Shown: positions 50,770-64,000 of the stretch, piece by piece
Position numbering within the stretch: position 1 is the first letter of the stretch
Layout of the letters: every line of letters starts with the position of its first letter
Source: Rhizophagus irregularis
Lineage: Eukaryota
Length of the DNA: 64,000 nt
Direction of reading: 5' to 3'
NCBI RefSeq assembly: GCF_026210795.1
Contig: NC_089431.1
Coordinates: forward strand, 4,464,001 to 4,528,000
Made by a program: the position numbers and the translations under genes
The notes under the pieces: generated by a model
Told to the model about the DNA's origin: nothing
Databases searched by the model: none
What the model saw: the letters and a program-made list of their open reading frames with translations, nothing else

Positions 50770-51343
50770 TATAATGTTAATGAAAAAATGAAAAAAGGTC
50801 GATAATATAATAAAAAATTTTTTCTCATTATTTAAAACAAATTTTGTGACATGATAAACAATTTCCGATTTGTAATAGATTGTTGTAGATCGTTTCAAAT
50901 TAGGGATAGCCGGATAGGCGGGTTCGTTTAGTTTTGCGAATCGATTCCGAGCAGAGCATTCCGAATAATCGGCTCGGATCGGTCCGGTTCTACAAAATGG
51001 CTTTGACCAGTCAGTTCCTTTCAAAGTATATTTGAGATTTATGTAACGATAGCGTATGACGCAGTAAAGTACTATTTATTTTTTAATTAAAAATTAACAG
51101 CAGTTCGTGTCAGACATAACTCTACCATTAGACTTTTAGTTTACTAGTGTGTGAACTATTAACTCTTATTTTTAAACTTTTATTCATGATGTAAACAACA
51201 TGATTAGCACAAAAAAGCACAAATACCGGTAAAAAATTAAGCGCTAATTAAGCGAGCGGCTATAGTGTTCAACAAAAGGACATTATTCGTGTGATTGGCG
51301 CAATTTCCTGAGATAAACCTATCATTGCTCATAAAGTCATTTA

Positions 51344-51508
51344 CAGTTCAACCTCACTATGGTGAATCCCGTTGGCTGGAGATTAAAATTTATTATAGTG
51401 AGAAATTCACTATACTAAGGGTTATTTTATTATATATATAAAAAAATCTGTACCTGAACTTTTTTTCATTATAGCAAGTTATTCACTATATAAAAAATTC
51501 GTGAACTG
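51344..51508. mobile_element. pogo/Tc1-like MITE, TA TSD
   Basis: TA-CAGTTCA...TGAACTG-TA; absent from the paralogous site at ~59825 (GATTTATTCGGTGACTAGA). Confidence 0.8.
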
Positions 51509-51889
51509 TACTTGGTGACTAGAATGATTTTTCTATGTAAAATTTTGCGATGAATACTGATAAATTTGAAATAAAATGTTATTTGATAATTTCATTATTT
51601 TTATTTTAATTATTTGATGTGTAGAAAATAGATCTTTTGTATTATTCAAAACTATTCAATAAAAGATAAATAAATTATATAAAATATAATAATTAATTTT
51701 TCGCAGTGCAAACATTCAGAAGCTATAATTAAAAGAGTATTGTGATCATAATATATTTAACAAAATTAGGCACTTATTGGAGTTACTGACGTTGATCTCT
51801 TTTACATCTATTATAATAAACTGTTAATAAATACTTTTAATGTATTAAATACTTTTTTTTTTCTATAAAATATTAATAATAATAAATTC

Positions 51890-52800
51890 ACCTGATTTGT
51901 ATTGAAATAAGGATAAATCAGTTAAATTAACTAGTTCCGGAAGATTTAAAAGTCTTGTTGTATAAATGGCTTATGGATACGTAGATTTCGAATTATTTTC
52001 ATTTTCATTTTATCAGTTCATTAGTTCATTGCTCTAATTTTTCAAATTCTTTATTAGAGCATAAATTTTACCAAGAATAATTATATATATATCATTTTCC
52101 AATTTTTTTAATATTCGATATATTTCTTTAGAAGTTAATTTATTCTCTACTTTATTAATCAAATTAGCAACCAAATTTGGTGTGTCTTCAGAAATTTTGG
52201 TCTTAGTCTTCTACATATTTTAATGGCTAAAGTAAGGTCATGGGGAATGTTATAATAAAGAATTTCTTTTGACATATTCATTTATTATTATTCCAAACGA
52301 ATAAATAATATCTGCAATCACGTAAAACATCTAGAGACATTTAAGGTAATACTCCATAAACGTCTTTTTCAATCGATCTCTTTCAGTTTCATTATTTGCT
52401 AATTGACACATTCCTAAATCATTAATAAACGGATAGGTACGACCATGGAATAATACGTTTCCTGAACGAAGATACAGTAATGTTGGAATTTTCATATTTA
52501 GAAGCCCATTGACAATTTTCACTAAACTTATAAGTTTTGATTGATAAACCAAGGATTATTTTAAACAATCTCTCAAATCTCCAAACTTTAAAATCATAAT
52601 CTCTAGTACTATTTGGTAGTCCGTAACATTAAATTTTAAGTTATATACTTCTAAATTTTTTGATAATAAATGAAAAATGATCTGAAATATAAGTTTTAAC
52701 CTAATACCCGAATTATTAGATCTTAGGATTCTATACATATTCCATATACTTCTTTTTTTCCTAAAACATCCATAAAAGCTACTAATCTAGCAGAATTTTC
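51890..52800 (-). pseudogene. Degraded tyrosine-kinase-like kinase
   Basis: Fragments LRSGNVL..PFINDLGMCQ, ADIIYSFGII, IPHDLTLAIKICR, PKISEDTP and RLLNLPELVN with many indels. Confidence 0.75.
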
Positions 52801-54134
52801 TGATTTGGTACTTTAACAATAATTGGTCGAATTTTTGTTTAAACTTAATTATTTATTATAATAATAATAATTTTTATTTTACCTGAAAAATTTTCACATA
52901 ATTATCTTCTATTGTAGCTGTATTAATATTTCTATCGTAAGATTTTATTTTTGGGTCTTCTAACATAAACTTATTAAAAAGTTTAATTTCGAAAAATAAT
53001 TATAAAAAGTGGACTAATATTGGTTATTATTTATGTAAAATTATGTAAAGAATAATTTATATTACATAAATTTTAATTTGATGATAATATAAACTTTGCA
53101 ACGTTAGACCTAATAATAACCGGAGTTTATATTTTACAAAAGGTGGTTAGTAAGTGTATTAGGAATTGTGCCCTTACTTGCGTAATGATGGAATGAACAT
53201 GATATGAAAAATCTTATTAAGATAATGTAGGAGCTGTTTATTTATGAGATATTAAGCCTTAACAGGGTAGATTTAAAAAGATTCTCATCATTTCAAAATA
53301 CCAGATAAAATTTAATTATTTGAAGCATTCATTGTAGAAAAGATGTTTACTGTATTATTGTTATCAACTGTAGCGAATGAATAAGTTATTTTGGACCATT
53401 TTTTATGCTAATAAAATACATAAAGAACAAGAAAAAACTTATTAATCTTTACTGCAAAACTTTAACTTATAAAATTAATCAGTTGATAACTTTACGGTAT
53501 TGATAATTGTCCTGATATTCATTCTCTTTATAAAAAAAAAAATTCTGCATTTTTTTTATTGAAAACTTTAAATAAATAACGCTTAAACTTTAAAAGTATA
53601 AATAAAGAATTTATTGTTCAAATACTCAATTTATGCCAGCCATTTATTATTTGCATATTTTATCCAAGTCTAATGAATCGAGGGATAATTTGTCACCTCA
53701 ATAATTATATAAATACGCAATATACTTTTACGTTAAAGTAACTAACAAATCCGTCTTTTATAATAAATTCTTAAACGTTGTTGATAAATTTAGTAAATAA
53801 AATTCATTATTTATTATTTATTATTCATTTTATCAATTTGCTATGCTTAAAAGGTAAAACTTGGCTGAAGAAGTTTGTAATAATTATTTCATACTAAACA
53901 ATTAAATGTTAGATTATAAAATATTCCATAATCTGAATATTTATTTATTACCCGACATAATATTGTTAATACTGATAAAATCACATAATAGAACTTCGGT
54001 GGAAAGGTGATAAAATTGAGACAAATTTTTTCTAATTGGCTAAGTTAATAATGATAAATAATACAATTTAATTTGAAAATAAAATCATTCATTTAGAGCT
54101 ATTTAATGTAAACTATTTAATTACTGAAAAATTT

Positions 54135-55697
54135 TTAAATATCTTTTGCAATTTGAAATATTTCGTATTCTTCTATAGTATATTCACCATCAGTTTTCCT
54201 GATTGGAATTTCGTAATTAGCATTACTACAATAACAATAGTTAAATTTTCTGTCGGTGTTGTCCGTCGAAGGTGAACCTTGAAACGTATTTATTAACTTA
54301 TTAATTTTTTTCACAACATTATTACTATACACTACTATATTGATGTCCCCATCGCCAAATGATGGTCCATAATTCCAATAATTATTTATAGCATGTTTTT
54401 CATCTTTCACGCGACTTAAAATATAATTATCATTATTTTTAAAAGAAAATATAAAACTATCTTTAGTAATCCCATAACTACTATCAGATTTCCATTCAAT
54501 CGGATTATATCCTCCAAGAATTTCATTACTATCTTTCACTTTAATAATTGTTATAGTATGAGATTTATTATCGCAAATTTCATGAAATTTTTCAGGCGTA
54601 AATCCATCACGAGATCCACGAAGAATTAATTTGAACTCATATGAATTTTTCAATTCATCTGCAATACCTAGCCTATCAATCCATTTTGAGATTAATTCAG
54701 CATGTTGACGCGTAATAATTTTTGAATCAATATTGTTAGGCTTAACTTCTTTTTTGATTATCTGTGGTTCAGATTTTTTATTCGGTTTATAGTCATTATC
54801 CAAAAAAGATTTTACTAAATCTTCATTTAACTCGTCAGGAATAATCTTTTTATACGGATATACCTTATTCAGAAATTCTTTAGAAGTAAATTCAGTAAAT
54901 TTAATTAAAGGAATAATTTGTCGTAAAGTATTTTTTAAAGCGTTAAAGTCATCATTTGAATAACTTGAAGGATCCGAAGAAATTTCAGGATTCTGAGCAA
55001 TACCCCATTTAAGAACATGTTCCCAAACTTGAACTTCACTTATTTGATTACCATTATGTTGAATAAGAGAGATTAAAGCCTTTTCTGGAATCGAAGTAAA
55101 ATCAGAAGAATTGAAAATTTTTTCTGGTTGTTTAGATATTAATTCTGTGCAAAATTTTTGGAGCTCCAAGAAAGAATCATTTTTGAAGCTCGTTTTATAT
55201 ATAAAGGCAAAATTTTTCTCCACCCATTTTGTTTCATTTTTAATCAAAAACAATTGTAAATAAGGAATTAACTCTTGAAGATTAAGTTCACTAGCAGCAA
55301 CCAAGATTTTAATGATATCTAAAATATCATAATTTACAAGAGAAAGTCTTCCGCTATAAATATACCTAAATAAAAAAAACAATCAATAAAAAAAAAAATT
55401 TTATAGAACAATAACTTAACTATAGAAATTAATTTAATACCTTAAAATTATTTGAAATGTTTCAGGTGAAATATTTGGCAATTTAATGTGTGCTAAAGTT
55501 CCATCGTTTTTCCTTTTATTAGTTGATAAAATTCTTCTCAAATAAGACGAACGATAATTTAATATAACCATATGAGCGCGAAAAATTTTTACGTGAGGGT
55601 CTTTACCAACTTCAATTGTAATGTCATAATATTCTTCATCGTCTAAAATTTCGAGTAAATTTTGAGTCAATTTTGATAAAAATTTATTATCGGCCAT
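54135..55697 (-). CDS. BTB/POZ-BACK-TLDc protein, copy 9
   Basis: Start MADNKFLSKLTQN; conserved intron; long insertion after GPSFG. Confidence 0.92.
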
Positions 55698-57754
55698 TAT
55701 GGAAAGAATCAAGAATAAAGTTTGTAGTCTGTACACCGACACCTTTTATAAAAGGCACGGTGTGGCAGTTGTGCAACTAGGGCGATCCAGAATGACGGTA
55801 CACAAAGTTGAAAATCAATAAATTTATATTTAACGAAATTTGTGTAACCGTAATTGAGTTACTTTATTTTGCGATTAAACATCAATTTTAATATACTACG
55901 CCCACACTGATTAAGTAATTTGGTAAATCATCATGTGGCCTACTAGTTTTACAAAATAAATTTCTTTTTTTCGCAATTTTTTTTTTTCTGCATTTACAGG
56001 AAATTACCCTAAAAAACGCGCTTTTTTAAGATCCTTTTAAAAATAAGAAAGAAAATATGGTTTCGGAAACAAAAATATTTTACGAGAAGAAAAAGATTTT
56101 CTAAGCTTGTAATGTCAGTTATTCAGAAAGATTTTGTGTAAAATACAAAAAATCGAATTTGTTTTTTAAAAAAGTGTATACGTTTATTCTTATTAATTAC
56201 CAATTTATTCTTGTATATACAGTACAACTTTTTTAAACTATATTTGTTAAATTTAATAGTGTTTTCAGTCTATATTTATTATTAATTTTCTTTTTCTTAT
56301 TTTTTTTTAGTCATTATGATATTCTCTCAGTTTGGGTTTTTGGCTAAGGAATTTTAATAATAGTAAGAAGCATTTATTCAAATTACCGATTTATCTTTTT
56401 TCTTATAGGTTAGAAATAGTTAAATTGTATTAATTTATAGTCTACGGTTCGTTTTTGAAGAGTCTAGTAACAGTAAAAGTAAGTTCTTGTCTTTTCTTTC
56501 ATTTTCATTTCACAATTTGTTTCGTTCATATTTTATTTTTTTTTCTTATTTTATTTCTTTGGTGAGTTAAACGTCTTGCTTTTTTTATATTAATTTTTCG
56601 TCTTCCTTTTCAGAGTGTTCTAGACTTTCTTTGATTTTTTCTTTTATTTTGTTTATTTGTTTTATTTTTTTTATTTATTCTTTGTCTTCTTATTCTCCTT
56701 TTATTTTCTATTCTTATTTTATCCTATAAACTAAATTGAATTCATTTTCACAAGTTCATTAATAGTTCCTTTTAAAAATAATAATTTATCTTTCATTTAA
56801 TCTCTTTGTCATATTCGATTATTTCACGAATTTTTGGCAATCCGTCCTTAATATTCAGCCAGACAAATGAATTTCTATTATCCTCTTAGTATTTTTACGA
56901 TACAATTTTATTTGAGGCAGCGGTTTATGATCGGGTGAGTTCAATACCTTTTATTTTGTTTTTGTTTCTTTTAATTTTTTATTCGTCTATTCACTTTTTA
57001 TTTTTTTTTATTTTATCTTTTCATCTTCCATACAAATTCTATTGTGTCCAGATATTCAAAACTAACAGCCGCCAATTTTCGTCAAAATCTTTTTTTGGGA
57101 TTTCCAAACAAGTCATGTCAAAAAGCAAACCCACTTTTTATCTGGCATAAGATTTGCTGCTGAACGGTAGTGGGCATTTTTATTATTTCCATTTCTTTTT
57201 TCTCCTTCCTTTGTTTCTTTTTTCTTTTGTTTTCTCACTTTTTCTTTCACTTTTCCTTTTTTCTTATTTTATTTTTTTATTTTAGGTTATGATTCGGTTC
57301 GAAATGTTGGTTCACGATCAAAGCGAGTTTAAGGCGTATTCACTTTCCAAGAATTAATGAATAAAAAAGAATATAAAAAATTGATTAAGTGAAGAAGGAA
57401 AAATGGACAAAATTTTTTTAAAACTAACAAGAGGTTTCTCAGTTTACTGTATATATTTATTTAATATATTTGATAATCAAATTATATATCTATTCATTTT
57501 ATTGATAAATCCGTACGTTGTTTTTATAAGTAAGCCAAAAACATAATCTCTGTGAGTATGATAAAATTTATGGAAAATACATTCTTGGTACTAAACAAAA
57601 AATTTATTTCCATGGATAAAATGTATCATATTAATAAAATTATTACCAATAAATTATTACTGTATTAATATAAAGTCAGCTCTCGATATAACGAATTCTC
57701 CGGTTTTCATCTATAAACATGCTAATTTATAAAACAAATTAATACAAAATTTTA

Positions 57755-59332
57755 TTACTTAATAATACTATAAATAAAAATTTTCAAAAAATAGTTAAAT
57801 ACCTCATTAGTATCTTTTATAATCTGAAAAACTTCATATTCTTCTATCGCAAAATAATTACCAGTTTTTCTTATCGGCTTTTCATAAGATGATCTTTTGC
57901 AATAACTAAAATGCTTATTAAAAGAGTTTCCACCAATTTTAAGGTCATTACGACCAAATGATGGTCCACATGAACAATCATTATCTATAGCGTATTTTTC
58001 TTCCTCCACCCGGCTCAATATATGATTTTTAATATCTTTCTTATTGTTAAAAGAAAATATGAAACTATCTTTAGTTTTACTATATTCACCATCAGATCCT
58101 GGAATGTAAGTTCTAGATTCCCACATAATCGGATTATATCCTCCAAAAATTTCATTAGTATCTTTCACTTTAATAATTGATATAGTATGAGATTTATTAT
58201 CACAAATTTCATGAAATTTTCGAGGCGTAAATCCATCGCGAGATCCACGAAGAATTAATTTGAATTCATATGAATTTTTCAATTCATCTGTAATCTCTAA
58301 TCTATCAATCCATTTTGAGATCAATTCAGCATGTTGAATTGTAATGATTTTTGAGACTATGTTTTTTAGACTAATTATTTTAGTTTCTCTGATTGTTTGT
58401 TGCTCTGACCTTTTCCTTGGTACATAATCATGATCCAAAAAATATTTGACTAAATTTTCACACATCTCATCAGGAATAATCTTTTTATACGGATACACCT
58501 CATTCAGGAATTCTTTAGAAGTAAATTCAGTAAATTTAATTAAAGGAATAAATTGTTGTAAAGCATTTTTTAAAACATTAAAATCATCATTTGAATAACT
58601 TGAAGGATCTGACGAAAGTCCAGGATTTTTTGCAATACCCCATTTAAGTACATGTTCCCAAATTTGAACTTCACTCATTTTAATTTTATCATGCTGAATA
58701 AGAGAGATTAAAGCTTTTTCTGAAATTGAAGTGAAATCAGGTGAATTAAAAATTTTTTCTGGTTGTTTAGATATTAATTCTGTGCAAAACTTTTGGAGAT
58801 CCAAGAAAGAATCATTTTCGAAACTCGTCTGGTATATTAGATTAAAATTTTGTTCTATCCAATTTTCTTTATTTTCAATCAAAAATGATTGTAAATAAGG
58901 GATTAATTCCTGGAGACTTAGTTCATTAGCAGCGACCAAAATTTTAATAATATCCAAAGTATCATATTCTATCAAAGAAATTTTTCCACCGTAAATATAT
59001 CTAAAAATAAATTCTCAAAAAAATTAAAAATAATTTTACAAAATATATCTTATATATATAGAAATTAGATTCTAATACCTTAAAATTATTTGAAAAATTT
59101 CAGGTAAAATGTTTGGTAATTTAATATGTGTTAAAGTTTCATCATTTTTCTTTTTATTTGTTGACAAAATTCTTCTCAAGTATGAAGAACGATAATTTAA
59201 AATAACCATATGGGCACGAAAAACTTTTACGTGAGGGTCATTACCAACTTCAATTGTAATGTCATAATATTCGTCGTCATCTAAAATTTCAAGGAAATTT
59301 TGCGATAATTTTGACAAAAATCTATCAGCCAT
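57755..59332 (-). CDS. BTB/POZ-BACK-TLDc protein, copy 10
   Basis: Paralog of copy 8. The 3' end is uncertain: either an extended tail or an extra GT donor near 57801. Confidence 0.9.
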
Positions 59333-60219
59333 TATAACGTCAATCGGTCAATATCAATTAAAAAAGGCGATAGAATAATAAAAAATTTTTTCTCTTTATT
59401 TAAATATTTAAATGAAATTTTGTGACATGATAAACAATTTCCGATTAGTATTAGATTGTTGTAGATTGTTTCAAATTAGGGATAGTCGGATAGGCGGTTT
59501 GTTTAGTTTTGCGAATCGATTCCGAACAGAGCATTCCAAACAATCAGCTTGGATCGGTCTGGTCTCGCAATTGCTACCTTTGACAAGATCAGCAGAAAGA
59601 AATTGTTACCTTCCAAGTATATTTGGTTTAGATTTATATAACGATAACGTATGATTATTATATATTTAATTGAAAATTAGCAGATCGTGTCAGACATACT
59701 CTATTCATTTTTAAACCTTTATTCATAATACCGGTAAAAATTAAGAGCTAATTATACGAGTATTATTCCATGCGATCAGAGCAATTTCCTGAGATAAAAT
59801 TACTATTATTATTTATAAAATGATTTATTCGGTGACTAGAGTGATTTTTTTACGTAAAATTTTAACTAAATACTGACGGATTTATATATAAATTAGAATA
59901 AAATGTTTAATTATTTGATATGTATAAGATTTATTATTCAAAACCATTTCAATCATAATCATGCATATACAAAATAATAAATTATATAAAATAAAATTTA
60001 CCATTTAATTAATTAAATTTCGCAGCCCAAACATTTAGAAGCTATAAGGAAAAAAAAACAATAAAAAAAATATTGTATTGAACAATTGATTAAATAACTT
60101 ACTTGAATTTATCGATGTTGATGGAATAGTTTCTTTTACATCTATTAATAATAAATTGTCAATAAATATCTTTAATGTAAAATATTTTTTTATATAAAAT
60201 ATTAATAATAATAAATTCA

Positions 60220-61310
60220 CCTGATTTGTGTTGAAGTAAATATAATTTAGTTAAATTCACTGGTTCTGAAATATTTTTGAAATTTAAAAGTCTGGTTGTA
60301 TAAATGGCTTGTGGATGTGTTAGACTTCAAATATTTCATTTTCATTTGACTGGTTCTTTAATTTATTTGTCTTAATTTTTTCAACATCCTTTATTTGAGC
60401 ATAAAATTTACCAAAATTATCTTTCAGTTTTTTTTAAAAATTTGTTATATTTCTTTAGAAGTTGATCTATTCTCTACTTTAGCACCCCAACATTTAATAA
60501 TCGACATATATTTATTTATTATTATTCCAAATGAATAAATGTCTGCAACCATTGTATACTGATAACTACATATAGCAGTTATAGCACGTAAGGTAATACC
60601 CCATAAATTCCTTTTTCAATCGATCGCTTTTCATTATTGATGATTGAAACATTCCTAAATCATTAATAAATGGATAATATTACTACGATATAATATATTG
60701 TTTGAATGAGAAGCTTTATGAATTTTTCCAGCATTGAAGCCTATTGGCAATTTTTTTTAAACTAGTTTGTTTGATAATCCAAGAAAAATTTATTTAGTAT
60801 TTGGATCTTGAGTTATTCCGTAACATTTGGTTATAACCGAAAAATTACCCGAGATATAAGGTTTAACATTATTGGATCCTAATACACAAATATACAAAAA
60901 TAAGTTTTTAAATATAATAAAATTTTTATTTATTACCCATTTAAAAATTCCGTACTTATATCTGAAGAATTGTCTAAGCTTTTTAATGAAACTTTTGATA
61001 CTTTTTCTTTGCCATCTTTGACTTTCAGTATCTCAAAATTTGATATACACTTCAAGCCAGCAAGTTGGATAAATTTTGCTAAACCCTCCACTGGTAATAA
61101 AAGTAGTATTTTTGAAAACGTCAAAAAAAGGAATCCACTCAAGACATTTTCTAGGATGTACAGTATTGAGTTGTAACTTCAATTTAATTTATCAATAATT
61201 TTATTTCACTTGTCCATTTTTTAAAGTTCACTTAAACCTTTTAGTATTACAAAGTTGACACCATCTTTATCTTGTGCTTGGTTTATTGCATTCGCCACAT
61301 ATTCCATATA
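60220..61310 (-). pseudogene. Degraded tyrosine-kinase-like kinase, paralog of 51890-52800
   Basis: KKWTSENKIIDK, SGGFSKIY, VSLKSLDNSSDISTEFLN, GITQDPNTK, PFINDLGM, YGVLPY, ADIYSFGII and KCWGAKVENR in shifting frames. Confidence 0.8.
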
Positions 61311-61785
61311 CTATGTTTATTATTATATAAAAGATAAATTATTTTGTGAATAACGACAAACCTGAAAATGTTGCTACGTTTTAATGATATTTAAAACCTT
61401 ACAAACTTCAAAAAAATCAAATTTTTAGTGGAACATTGCAGTTAAATAATTAACAAGTAAAAATGACAACGTTTTATTGTTATAACCAAAAATCAAGAGA
61501 TTTGCGTAATTAATTGTGCTCTGGTATTAATGTTTATTATTTAGTTTATGTTTTACGAGGGATTACGATTTACGACCCGGTTAAAATTTATAGTAATACT
61601 CTATAAAAAAAGTAAAAGCTTGTAAAATTTATTATAAGAATTTTGTAATAGTTAATTAATAAATAAATAACTATAAAACATGAATGTAATAATAAATTTT
61701 AAAAAAAATTCCTTTAATTTCTAATTCAATAATTTAAAACAATGTGTTTTAACCCTAATAAGTAAATAAACCCATCTATTGTAAA

Positions 61786-63333
61786 CTATTTATTAATTTT
61801 TTGTGAAAATGTATAAGTATCTTTTGTAATTTGAAATATTTCGTATTCTTTTATAGTATAACCATTTCCTGTTTCTCTGATCGCGTTTACATAAGAATAT
61901 TTTTTACAATAACAGTGATTAAAATCTTTTTTGGAGCTAGAAAATAAATAGTTGCTTTTTATTATAAGGTCACCATAACCAAACGATGGTCCATAATTCA
62001 AATTATGAAATAAAGCTTTATTTTCCTCTTTCACACGACTTAAAATATAATCATCAATATCATTATTTTTAAAAGAGAATATAAAACTATCTTTAGTATT
62101 CCCATAACTATCATCAGATTTCCATTCAATCGGATTAAATCCTCCAAGAATTTCTTCACTACCTTCCACTTTAATAACAGTTATAGTACAAGATCTACTA
62201 TCACAATTTTCATGAAATTTTTCAGGTGTAAATCCATCACGAGATCCACGAAGGATTAATTTGAACTCATATGAATTTTTCAATTCATTTGTAATATCTA
62301 GCCTATCAATCCATTTTGAGATTAATTCAGCATGTTGAATTGTAATAATATTTGAATCAATATTTTTTAAATCAATATCTCTAGTTTCATTCTGTTCTGA
62401 ATTTCTATTTGGTATATAATCACGATTCAAAAAGTATTTGATTAAATATTCATTAGTTTCATCAGGAATAATCTTTTTATACGGATCATATACCTTATTC
62501 AGAAATTCTTTAGAAGTAAATTCAGTAAATTTAATTAAAGGAATAAATTGTTGTAAAGTATTTTTTAAAGCGTTAAAATCATCATTTGAATAACTTGAAG
62601 GATCTGAAGAAAGTTCAGAATTTTGAGCAATACCCCATTTAAGCACATACTCCCAAACTTGAACTTCACTCATTCGAAGATTATCATGTTGAATAAGAGA
62701 GATTAAAGCTTTTTCTGAAATCGAAGTAAAATCAGGTAAATTAAAAATCTTTTCAGGATGGTTAGATATTAACTCTGTACAAAAATTTTGAAGTTTTGAT
62801 AAAGAATTATTTTCAAAACTCGTTTGGTAAATCGAGCAAAAATTTTGTTCCAACCAGCTCGTTTTGTTTACAATTAAGAATGATTGTAAATGAGGAATTA
62901 ATTCATAAAGATTTAATTCACTAGCAGCAATCAAAATTTTAATGACATCCGAAGTATCGTGTTCTGCCAAAGAAAGTCTTCCGCCATAAATATACCTAAT
63001 TTAAAAATCGATGATAAGAAAATTAAAAATAATTTTATAAAACGATAATTTGTTTATAAAAAAATGAGTTTAATACCTTAACATTACTTGAAAAGTTTCA
63101 GGTAAAATATTTGGTAATTTAATATGAGTTAAAGTTCCATCATTTCTCCTTTCATTAGTCGACAAAATTCTTTTCAAATAAGGAGAACGATAATTTAAAA
63201 TAACCATGTGAGCACGAAAAATTTTTACGTGAGGGTCAATACCAACTTCAATTGTAATATCATAATATTCTTCGTCATTTAAAATTTCGAGTAAATTTTG
63301 AGACAAATTTGGTAAAAATTTATTATCAGCCAT
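61786..63333 (-). CDS. BTB/POZ-BACK-TLDc protein, copy 11
   Basis: Paralog of copy 9, with shared upstream sequence; conserved intron. Confidence 0.92.
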
Positions 63334-64000
63334 TATAGAAAGAAATGAAAAAGAATAAAGGAGATTGTTGCAGATCGTTTGTACTCCGCCGCCTTTTTAC
63401 GCCTTTTTATAAAAATCATGATGATGGTGCGACGGTTGTGTTACTCTGGTGATCCAGATATAATTTTTCTTGACGGTACACAAAAATCTATGTGACGTAA
63501 TTTTAGTAAAAATACGGTTTACTATATAGTAATGTTTTTTTTTACGTATTCCATAAAAAAAAAAATAATGAATTTTTTTTATTAAATTTATTTATTTACA
63601 TTTCATTTTATTATACTTTATAATTAATTTATCTTTGAATTTAATAAATATAATGTAATCTATATATTTTATATACAACCAAAATTAATTTAATATGAAA
63701 ATATCAAAAAAAAAAAGAAAAGAAAATCCAAGAAATAAATGAAAGTTTGTGTTCCTCATAAAAATTAGGCAAAAATAATTTACTTTATCAATAATGAAAT
63801 GCATTATTGAATTTTATAATTTAAATAATAATAATTTTTTTATTTAATTACAAGTTTAAAAAATTCATGTTGAATCAGCACAATAAATAGTTTATATGCA
63901 AGAGCTGATAAAAAGAAACAATTATATGGAATATAGAGGATGTAAAGAACTTGATGCGGGAAGTTATTAGTATCAAATATTAACCTTGTAATACTAAAAT

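Noticed and set aside
50770..51024. N-terminal extension of the 171-aa ORF
   Set aside because: Paralogs start at MxDKFL; this is conserved non-coding upstream sequence.
56000..57360. T-rich block with a short ORF
   Set aside because: Likely a TE remnant, but no diagnostic ends or domains.
57671..57700. GTCAGCTCTCGATATAACGAA resembling the pogo-like TIR at 19506
   Set aside because: Solo fragment without a partner end.

Overview
AT-rich, intron-containing eukaryotic DNA. The gene families (BTB/POZ-BACK-TLDc genes, tyrosine-kinase-like kinase relics, BED-finger hAT transposase) look like an arbuscular mycorrhizal fungus of the Rhizophagus type; this is inference, not a database result. The window is dominated by a tandem minus-strand array of two-exon BTB-BACK-TLDc genes: 11 apparently intact copies and 4 broken ones. 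Between them lie an intact spliced hAT transposase, about 8 MITE-like elements (three confirmed by empty sites in paralogous copies), three kinase pseudogenes (one fused to a MULE-like DNA-binding domain), a 4-exon coiled-coil orphan gene, a lone 5S rRNA gene, and a U2 snRNA copy lacking stem IIb and the Sm site. The least explained signals are an inverted copy of the U2 3' end bracketing a ~600 bp unit next to the 5S gene, two tandem ~90-nt hairpins with compensatory changes beside a tRNA-like mini-structure, and an inverted pseudogene segment bounded by an 8-bp inverted repeat near a TTAGGG tract. All splice sites and alignments were read by eye.
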